In this document: positions 50,640-58,790 of the stretch, piece by piece
Position numbering within the stretch: position 1 is the stretch's first letter
Layout of the letters: each line of letters starts with the position of its first letter
DNA from: Veleropilina oligotropha
Lineage: Eukaryota
DNA length: 64,000 nt
Reading direction: 5' to 3'
Assembly: GCA_048128005.1 (NCBI GenBank)
Contig: JBEUKZ010000135.1
Span: 124,001-188,000, forward strand
Made by a program: the position numbers and the translations under genes
Notes under the pieces: generated by a model
What the model was told of the DNA's origin: nothing
Databases searched by the model: none
Seen by the model: only the letters and a program-made list of their open reading frames with translations

Positions 50640-51953
50640 ATGGCGGAATTCGAGAACCCCGCATTCGAGCCGGACGATCTCATCGACAACGATGATACCA
50701 TCATCGACGATACTGATGTGGATCTATCCACCGACCGGTTTATGCCTGTTCTTTCGGAACGGCCACAGGAAGGAACCAGCAGTCTTCAGCAAGAGCTCGT
50801 TCAGGGCGTGGTTGACGACTACTACAAAGCCCTGGCACAGGAGGGGCAGACCCCAGCCACGGGGCGAGATTATTCAAAATTCAAGTATGTGAGGGGAAAA
50901 TTAGGGAGGGGGGGGAAATTGGTGATGACGGACTACCCCGACATCAATCTCATAAATTCTCGCACCGGCAACCCCTTGGCGTTGTCAACAATAGCTGGCC
51001 GGCCTGGTGGGGGTGATGCAATCCGTGAAGGGTTGGGTTTTGTACACTGGACGCGGGGGGAAAAAAAGCTGGCCTCAAAAGCGGTTGCAGTTCTTCAGAC
51101 AGCCGACAACGAGTTGAGCGGTGCTGCGGCGAATGTCGAAAACGTAGAACTGCGGGACTTGGGGCAGACTGCTACTGATGCCTCGGTAGCAATCCACACG
51201 ATGGAGACGAAATTCACTGATACCGAGGTTGAAGAGATCTTAGGCACAATGGGGGACCCTCCATTAAATCTTCGCGAGCTTCGCGGACTTGACAAGGCGA
51301 TGCAGACCATCCGAGGCGAACTAACCAACAATCTAGCCAAACTAACGGCGCTGGACGAACACATAGAGCTGGAGAAGATGAAGCTCGATCAGGCAGATGA
51401 AGAGGGCGGTGTGGATGAGTTCATCCGTCGACGGATCGCGGAACGTCTGCGCGACCTGAATGATGAAAGAGCAGCTCGCCTAGAGGCAGCATCATCAAGC
51501 CGGGAGGCCCTTCGCTCTCAAATCAGCCGGATCCGAGAGATGATAAGTCGGATCCTGAACACCGACACAACGCTGGCCGAGCGTATCCGGACCCTGTTCC
51601 GCGAGCAAGGGGTCACGATCGCAACAATACTCACCGCTATCGGGCTCGCCATCTCGACTTTGGTACTAGCCCTGACAGGTGGAGCAACAAGCCCGCCAAC
51701 GCCACCACCACCTCCCAGTGGTCAGGGCGGGGTCAAGGAGTGGGTCAAAAAGCAGCTGCAGAACCTGGGAAGGATTCTAGGCAAACTAGCAGGGAAGGCC
51801 GCAGCCGCGCTCCCAGGAATACTTGGAAGCCTGGTCTCCTGGCTAATCAACCTGATTGGCAAGACAGCATCGTGGCTCGCTGAAAACCTATGGGCACTGG
51901 TCATATCAGTTGGGGGCTTGCTTCTTATTGCCGCTAGACAGTGGGTCACGTAA
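50640..51953 (+). CDS. Coiled-coil viral protein with C-terminal membrane segments and an N-terminal FENPAF motif
   Basis: Long heptad region, TM VTIATILTAIGLAISTLVLALTGG, a Pro-rich linker, amphipathic helices and a terminal TM. Confidence 0.85.
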   Translation: MAEFENPAFEPDDLIDNDDTIIDDTDVDLSTDRFMPVLSERPQEGTSSLQQELVQGVVDDYYKALAQEGQTPATGRDYSKFKYVRGKLGRGGKLVMTDYPDINLINSRTGNPLALSTIAGRPGGGDAIREGLGFVHWTRGEKKLASKAVAVLQTADNELSGAAANVENVELRDLGQTATDASVAIHTMETKFTDTEVEEILGTMGDPPLNLRELRGLDKAMQTIRGELTNNLAKLTALDEHIELEKMKLDQADEEGGVDEFIRRRIAERLRDLNDERAARLEAASSSREALRSQISRIREMISRILNTDTTLAERIRTLFREQGVTIATILTAIGLAISTLVLALTGGATSPPTPPPPPSGQGGVKEWVKKQLQNLGRILGKLAGKAAAALPGILGSLVSWLINLIGKTASWLAENLWALVISVGGLLLIAARQWVT

Positions 51954-53226
51954 GCCAAATGAACGCTAGGCCAACGACAATGCCGCCCACGATAAGTGCG
52001 GTTTTATCCTCGTCATGTTTGGTTGCCCCAGCTGAAACAGCTGCCACTGGGGCCACAGCCGGCAGAGAGCCACGATGCTTCGGAGTGACCGCATCTGCGG
52101 GTAAGACGGCGTCTTGTGGGATGACCAATCCTGTTTCTCCAGTCTCCCCAGTGGCGTTGAGCGGCACAGGATTGGCCGCGTTCACCGTAGTATTAAGACC
52201 TAGGGTCTGGGCTTCCGTGGCAACGACGATTTCGTTGTTATACCCAGCCACATGCCCTACCCGAAGGAGCATGTCACTTGGCGCCATGTAAAGGCCGACG
52301 CCGAATACGAAGTCTACTTTAGACCTGGCATACTGCAAAACGTCCTGGTACCGTTTGATGGCTGCAGGGAGGTCCACTGGCGATGCGATTGCGTCTTCGA
52401 CGTTTGACAGAAATTGCTTTTGCGCGTCGAATGCGGTACCACTCCCCAGAATACTTGTGCGTGTCTGAGCCTGCGCTCCAAGAATCGCCCAGACATAGGT
52501 CCTAATGGAATCATTGAGCCTCTCCACGCCGGCCTGGGTGAATCCCACCGACTTGTCCAGAATAAAAGTAGCCCACGAAGTGCCTGCATCCTGTGCTATA
52601 TAGTCCACATGTAGGTCCTTCGTTTTGGCGAAGGACATCCAGCTGGGATCGTAATCCTTTCCGATGGAGTGGTATCCGTTGTTCGTCCAGTAGTTGTAGG
52701 CAGTGCCGAGCCCTTTATTGGGACCCTTGACACGCCAGTCGGTATGTGGGGACACTCCAAACTCGCTGCAGATCTTCTCATATGCTCTTCGATCATACGG
52801 AGTGTCGAATGCGTCCCACGTCCTGTCTTGTGGCAGCGGCGCCTGAATCTCGGTCAAGATCCTTCTGACCTGATAGTAGACGTGGAAGGTGAATACAGCA
52901 GTGGAGAGGGGGGCTGCAGTAGCATTCAAGTGGTCTTCTGAGGAGATCCCGGAACCTGTTGTGGCACACCATACTGCGAAGTTGACCTTGTTCTGCCAGA
53001 ACCGCATCGGTGTGCTGTGCCAAGCCCTTATCAGCCCGTCACTAGCGACGTGAGGGAGGCGATACTTTTGAAATACGTCGGGGTAGTCTGCCCCGAATGC
53101 AGTGGTTGAGCTATTACCCACATTGATGCTTGGTCTCGTAAGCTGCTCATCTTTGATCTTTGCTGGGTACACCACACCGGTCGGATAGGCCGCACTCCTA
53201 TTGAACACAAATGCGCTCTTAGCCAT
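51946..53226 (-). CDS. Hypothetical viral protein (~426 aa) with a C-terminal membrane anchor
   Basis: Long intact ORF from MAKSAF, ending TALIVGGIVVGLAFIWLT. Confidence 0.85.
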   Translation of the reverse strand: MAKSAFVFNRSAAYPTGVVYPAKIKDEQLTRPSINVGNSSTTAFGADYPDVFQKYRLPHVASDGLIRAWHSTPMRFWQNKVNFAVWCATTGSGISSEDHLNATAAPLSTAVFTFHVYYQVRRILTEIQAPLPQDRTWDAFDTPYDRRAYEKICSEFGVSPHTDWRVKGPNKGLGTAYNYWTNNGYHSIGKDYDPSWMSFAKTKDLHVDYIAQDAGTSWATFILDKSVGFTQAGVERLNDSIRTYVWAILGAQAQTRTSILGSGTAFDAQKQFLSNVEDAIASPVDLPAAIKRYQDVLQYARSKVDFVFGVGLYMAPSDMLLRVGHVAGYNNEIVVATEAQTLGLNTTVNAANPVPLNATGETGETGLVIPQDAVLPADAVTPKHRGSLPAVAPVAAVSAGATKHDEDKTALIVGGIVVGLAFIWLT

Positions 53227-53233
53227 AGCTACT

Positions 53234-53973
53234 ATGTTCCACACATTAACAAACGTTCAAGAGGGGACCGCGGTTGCCCTCCTGGAGCCGATTGATAACC
53301 GGGACGGCAAGCTATGTGTCAGCTTGCAGTCGCTCGACTATTGGGTAGGCTGGCACAACGTGCATGCCGGAGCCTTCTTTAAGACCCCGGATACCACGGT
53401 CGACGTGGCACCAGGTTTCTACAGCTTCGATACCTCGCCAAGACGATGAAGAGGTCGCTAGTTAACCTACAACTAGATGTAAGCCATGCTACAGGGCTCG
53501 CCCGAATCGTGGTCCCAGAGGGGACTCGACTCGCGATAAGCGACGATATACGAAAACTCCTCGGCTTAGACCTCTCTTCGTTTATTCTCGATAAAGCAGG
53601 GAATCTGAACCAACCGGTTCGGGGAGTACAGGGCCAACCACCTCCCCCTCCGGAGAGATCCGAGTGGCTACGCCCTGGGACTTATGACGGGAATAAGCCT
53701 GTCGGGTTTGCCATAGCGCCAACCCTGCACGTCCACCTGGAGCAGCTTAGTACAACGCACAATGTGAAGGACGGCGCCCCGAGCACTATTCTCGTGGTGG
53801 TCCCTATCACGTCGCAGATGTTCGGTGAAGCTGGCCACTATCATAGCTATCCCGCCGGCCGGCGACTACAGGCCGGGCTAATCACAGAGTTGAAGGTGTA
53901 CGTCACAGACGCAGACAGTAACCCGATCGACAATCACGGCATGCCCATTACCGCAGTCCTTGCGATACAATGA
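53234..53973 (+). pseudogene. Probable minor capsid (penton, single jelly-roll) gene with a 1-nt frameshift at ~53433
   Basis: WHNV...VAPGFYSFDT joins LAKTMKRSL if one C is restored in gatacctcg. The C-terminus LHVHLEQL...ITELKVYVTDADSNPIDNHG resembles Polinton penton ends. Confidence 0.7.
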
Positions 53974-54338
53974 GCAGCATCTATGGGACCCTCCCCCTAC
54001 CCCTGCTTGCAGATGAGCCCTCTTCCCCCCCGACCCGGTGGCACTTTGTTCTTAATTGTGGAGAAGCACCCAAGAAGAAGGGACTGGCGAAGAGGGAGTT
54101 CCTTCTTCCCAATAATGGAGGCCAGTTTGGGTTGAACCCAGCCCTCCTAATGATCCACATGACGCCGGTCCAGCCCGCCGGGGGCCCCAAAGCATGTTCC
54201 ATAAGTACGGTTGGCCTGAATTCGGACAGGCTGACCCTCGCCTTCGTCGTCAAGGCCCCGTGGGTTGGCACTCTGTATTTGAACGTTACAATAGACAAGG
54301 GGAATCAACAGGCTGAACAATACAGCCACGAACAATGA
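53970..54338 (+). CDS. Hypothetical viral protein (122 aa, beta-rich)
   Basis: ATGA start/stop overlaps with both neighbours. Confidence 0.65.
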   Translation: MSSIYGTLPLPLLADEPSSPPTRWHFVLNCGEAPKKKGLAKREFLLPNNGGQFGLNPALLMIHMTPVQPAGGPKACSISTVGLNSDRLTLAFVVKAPWVGTLYLNVTIDKGNQQAEQYSHEQ

Positions 54339-54967
54339 ACAACAAGCCCTCAGCGCCAACGCTGTACCCACAGCTTGGTGGCGATGTGCCTTCGGAACTG
54401 CATGAGGCACAGTCTTTCCGACTACAGAAAGTGAATGAGCTTCAGGGACAATTAGAACGAGAGAGGGACACACGGGCTGCACTATATAAAAAGTACCGAC
54501 GAGGTGTTAACGTCGTTGACGGTATAGATAACGGGCTAGTCGTCGCGACCCTTGGTATGGGTAGCGCTGGAATTGGTCTACTTTCCACGATCGTAGCCGC
54601 CCCGGTCGTCCTAGTGCTGGAATTAGCGGCATTAGGGTGTGGGCTCGCCAGTATGGGTGGGAAATATATCAGCCGGCGCCTCGGGGTGAAGGCTAAGAAA
54701 CACGACGAGATTCGAGTCCTGGCCGACAGCAAGCTGAATACCATAACCGACCACGTCTCAAAGGCCTTATCAGATGGGGTGATGTCTGATGATGAATTCC
54801 AACTGGTCACAGGGGAGATGGAGAAATACCAAGCCATGAAGGCATCAATCCGGGATAAGAGTAGGAAGGCGCACACCGCGATTTCACAGACCCAAAGCGA
54901 GCTTATTGAGCGAGGTCGTTTAGAGGGTCGCGCAGAGCTGCTGAAAAAAATCGGAGCTGGCGACTAA
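54335..54967 (+). CDS. Two-TM hairpin coiled-coil viral protein with PSAP and LYPxL late-domain motifs
   Basis: MNNKPSAPTLYPQL, a central Gly-rich hydrophobic hairpin, and flanking helices. Confidence 0.85.
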   Translation: MNNKPSAPTLYPQLGGDVPSELHEAQSFRLQKVNELQGQLERERDTRAALYKKYRRGVNVVDGIDNGLVVATLGMGSAGIGLLSTIVAAPVVLVLELAALGCGLASMGGKYISRRLGVKAKKHDEIRVLADSKLNTITDHVSKALSDGVMSDDEFQLVTGEMEKYQAMKASIRDKSRKAHTAISQTQSELIERGRLEGRAELLKKIGAGD

Positions 54968-55049
54968 CTATCCAGGTTGAGCGTAGCCACGACTACCCCG
55001 CTCCTCCCCCGTATTAAAGCTAGAAATCGACAGTGATATCTGGACAACC

Positions 55050-55481
55050 ATGAAATCCATGAAATCTATGCTACTGTGCATTGTCGCGGTGTGCTGGCTA
55101 GGGGGTGTTTCTACCCAGGCGTCGACACACAACACTGCATTAATTCTGGAACATACGTGGGCAAGGTACCGAAATCATCCCAGGTATAACGCCCGATTTG
55201 ACCCCTTACGTAGAAACTTGCTTCTTCGCCCGGGTAGAGACCCCACCCCTGATGTCTCCCCACCGTCGTGCCACTATTTTATTATCGGAGAAAATGACTG
55301 TAGCCCAGCCACACCCCGAGATACTGTCACATGTGTCCAGTGTTCGACCCCCTCGTTATGTCCTGGCAAAAATGGGGAGTATTACACCATGCTGTCTGGC
55401 TGCTTCGGTATGTGGAGAAAAGTCGGACACATCTCACCCTGTAATTGTACTTTAATATCGGGCAACTATATATTCATATAA
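55050..55481 (+). CDS. Predicted secreted cysteine-rich protein (possible viral cargo)
   Basis: Signal-peptide-like MKSMLLCIVAVCWLGGVSTQA, with 8 Cys in the C-terminal half. Confidence 0.6.
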   Translation: MKSMKSMLLCIVAVCWLGGVSTQASTHNTALILEHTWARYRNHPRYNARFDPLRRNLLLRPGRDPTPDVSPPSCHYFIIGENDCSPATPRDTVTCVQCSTPSLCPGKNGEYYTMLSGCFGMWRKVGHISPCNCTLISGNYIFI

Positions 55482-56238
55482 AACAGCTGCTTGGGAAATG
55501 TCTTCTTGCCTTACACTATTTTCAGGTCACAGCTGTTTATATAAATGCCCATTAGGCCGTCTACTAACTCTGACACCCTCTCGCGATATTCACATAATTT
55601 TTAGGATTTCAGTGTATTATATATTACATAATAAATAATTCATTGGCAAAAATAGATCAGTATATAATAATTATAAAATGTCATATATTTTTATTTGTGT
55701 TTGGTAATTTCTTTTATATATTCATTTTTGTATCCGACTTGTTGTAAAATGTCGTCGTAATGTTAGAATCTAAGAAAATCGAGGAATGTTTCATTAAAAT
55801 ATTAATACTACGTATAGTAGTCCCAGGTTTCACTGCGGGCAAAAGTTGACACCAACCTCAAGTATTTCTATACTGTCAAGTCATTACCGTTGGTATGGTA
55901 TTATATAACCCAATTTATAAACAATTTAAATGGGTGGGTACGTTTTTATAAACACAAAATCATGTCACGACGATTATCTTTAATGAAAACACATGCCAAA
56001 GTCGTTTCATTCATGCCGATTTATGAATGACACCAGTCGTTAAAAGCGTGCGTCACTGGCGTTCAGCAGTCTACTGCTGTCGCCGACCCAGAAAAAAAAG
56101 ATTGACCCAGTGAAAAATATCTGACCTAGAAATAAATATTTTGTCCAGAAACGGGTCATCGCTCCAGTTAAAATGTTTTGGTCCACTTGTTTACATCTGG
56201 ACAGTTTATTCTCTAAATGGAAATTCTACAGGTAACAA

Positions 56239-56328
56239 TGAGTCAGCCATGTGTCACATTGCCACGTGTACATTGCCACGTGTACATTGCCACGTGTCAC
56301 AATGAGTCAGAAATAAAGGGTTATATAA
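56239..56328 (+). promoter_or_regulatory. Promoter-like module: AP-1 x2 flanking three 14-bp repeats with CACGTG, followed by TATATAA
   Basis: TGAGTCA at 56239 and 56303; acattgccacgtgt x3 (CACGTG at 56263, 56277, 56291); TATATAA at 56322; ORF 56355-56600 downstream. Confidence 0.5.
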
Positions 56329-56929
56329 GGACAACATGAGAGCACACAACGACATTGATGGATAAACTATCAACAGCAATGTCTGGTTTGGTGATGTCAC
56401 GAAAGCGTACTTTTGTTGAGTCATTTCTCGATAAACAAGCAACCGAGTCTCGTGGGGTATCGAAGAAATCCACGAGACTCGAACTGGCTAGAGCCAAAAA
56501 TCGCAGGGACACTGCGCACCAAAATATGGTAAAAACTGAAGAGAGGATAACGAAGATGATGGAGAGACTACGTCTACTCACCCCCCTGCTGCTCCCTTGA
56601 TTATAATGTGGCCAGTATCCAGTCAACCTTCATGCAATGCATTTCAGTCGATTGACTACAATAGCTTGTATTTACATCAACCGCACGCTTCTACTAAGGT
56701 CAACTCGGGCGACGTAACTAGGCAACCAGGTAGTATTTGAATAGACTATCGATAGTCTATGCATAAGCTAACCTGGTTTTCGGACAGCCTTTCTGTACAC
56801 ACAAATACAATTATACCCTCGAGTCGGAAAAGGTGCATTCATCCCTACTCTAAGCTACCCTAGGCTCGGAACGGGTGCTGGGAGCCTTATTTTCCCATTC
56901 TAAAAAGTCTACTGACCCCCCCTGCTGCT

Positions 56930-58789
56930 AAGCATGATGGAATCATTTGACAAGAAAATATGTCATCGCGAATTCTTGCCAAAATGGTCAAGGAGACATT
57001 TTCCAAGACACATAATTTAAAAGTTATTGACTCCACAATGCTGAAATTGCTTGTACTATGGTTAACAGTACTTCGTTATTATATCCATTATCAAAATATC
57101 AAAATATCCATTGGCCCGAAAGACAAAATCTGGACATTTTAGTCAAAATTGCAAACATTTTGAACATTCATAAATAAAGAACCAGAAGAGATAAAGCCTT
57201 CAAATTTGGAATACTCTTTAATAAATATAGAATCAATATCAAGATATATTTGTGATATCATATCTATAATATTATGCGCAAATATATAACATTAAATATG
57301 ATGCAAAATGACAAATGTCTTTCATCGTTATGTTCATTACACAATTTAGTTTACATATAGTAGCAATAAATGAGACAAAAACTATTTATTTAGGTAAAGC
57401 ATACATCCAGAACAGAAATATATAATAGAAAGAAATGATTGCTATTTATACATTTTACATAATAATAATCATAATCCACCATCTGATGAATTCAATATCC
57501 ATTCATGTTCATGTGAAGCCAACAGCGACAGCAATTAACAGATACAATGTATCATTCCTATTTGAGAAGTTATCACAAATGATTTGTACAAATTAATAAA
57601 TATTAAAATATGAATCATGTCACAGGATGTGACCAAAGTTAATATAATTTATAAACCAATTTACAGGTCTACACAATCCAATTCTGAAAAGTACATGTTT
57701 TGTAATCCTCAAATATGCTGTTAATATAGTCAACCTCGGGCACATTCCATGTCCTTCCATTACTTGTATTAACATCAAAGTTATGAACTACAACAAATTT
57801 ACTTTCAACTGTTGAAACATCATCAACACGTGGCCACTTAAATGTGTTTTGGCACTCTTTGACATAAACTGAAGAACAGCATTAATTTATCACAATCTAT
57901 GACATCAATAACAGTTCCTATGAAAAATTCAGAAAGGTTCATTAATTTTAATCCTTTTATTGGCAGCATCAAGATCGTCACTGGCTATACGCTTGCCATT
58001 TTCTGCCCTCTGGTCGTGAATCCTATCAAGTATTTTTACGGCAGTGGACAGAGTTAAGATGTCCTTTAATGCTTTACAGAGCTCACTAGCACATTTTTTA
58101 CCAAATATCAACTGTTTGTCTTTAACACCCAAGATGGTCTTTAAATATCACATTTCGTTTTTCAAAGCCTATCTCATCTTTGCGTCAGACTCGCAAAGTT
58201 TCATCACCAAATCCACATCAATGCCAGTTATGCATGGCCCTCCTTGCCGTTGAACAGTGTCAATTAAATGGACCTTATGTTCAGCCTTTTTGGATTCCTT
58301 TTCTTTCATTTGCGATTGCACTCGTCAAGTTTTTCTTTCATCAAGTTCACTACCTTTTTCTCATAATCAACATATTTTTGTCTCGCCCCGAAGGGAAAGC
58401 GACACATAGGGATTACATTTTCCGGCGTCGTCGGCGTCAGCGTCGTGTCATTTTCGGTTAAAGTTTTTTCGGTTAAAGTTTTTCATTGAATGGAATTTTC
58501 TGATACATGGATATATATATTTAAAGGGCGAGACATATCGGACCGTGGTTCTTGTTGTCTGTATCCAACACTCTTTTTCCTACACAGTGCTAATAACTTT
58601 GCTTGGTCGGCTGGTGAATTTTCACAAAAATATACAGATAGTGTCTTGTTGCGCTTAACAATTTGGACACCTGAGTGAAAGTATAGAGATGCGTGATGCT
58701 TTTTGAACTGATAAAAATCAAGGTCTCCAAATTCATGCTCAGACACAAGATTGGTAAGTTTACAGTGATACATTGATTCTCTTAGTTCA
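56930..58789 (-). repeat. Inverted third copy of the DNA-transposon-like block (reverse complement of ~15968-17818)
   Basis: The same small ORFs occur on the opposite strands (e.g. MSSRILAKMV at 56960+). Confidence 0.92.
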
Positions 58790-58790
58790 A

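Larger units (their letters stand above)
44215..55481. mobile_element. Endogenous Polinton-like virus (adintovirus/PLV-type), left arm missing, right boundary uncertain (55481 to ~56929)
   Basis: Abrupt rise in GC, abutting intronless ORFs on both strands, and rve integrase, A32 ATPase, capsid-like genes and helicase together. Confidence 0.9.

Noticed and set aside
55482..56929. Search for a Polinton TIR and TSD
   Set aside because: No inverted partner is visible because the left arm is deleted, so the terminus cannot be called.
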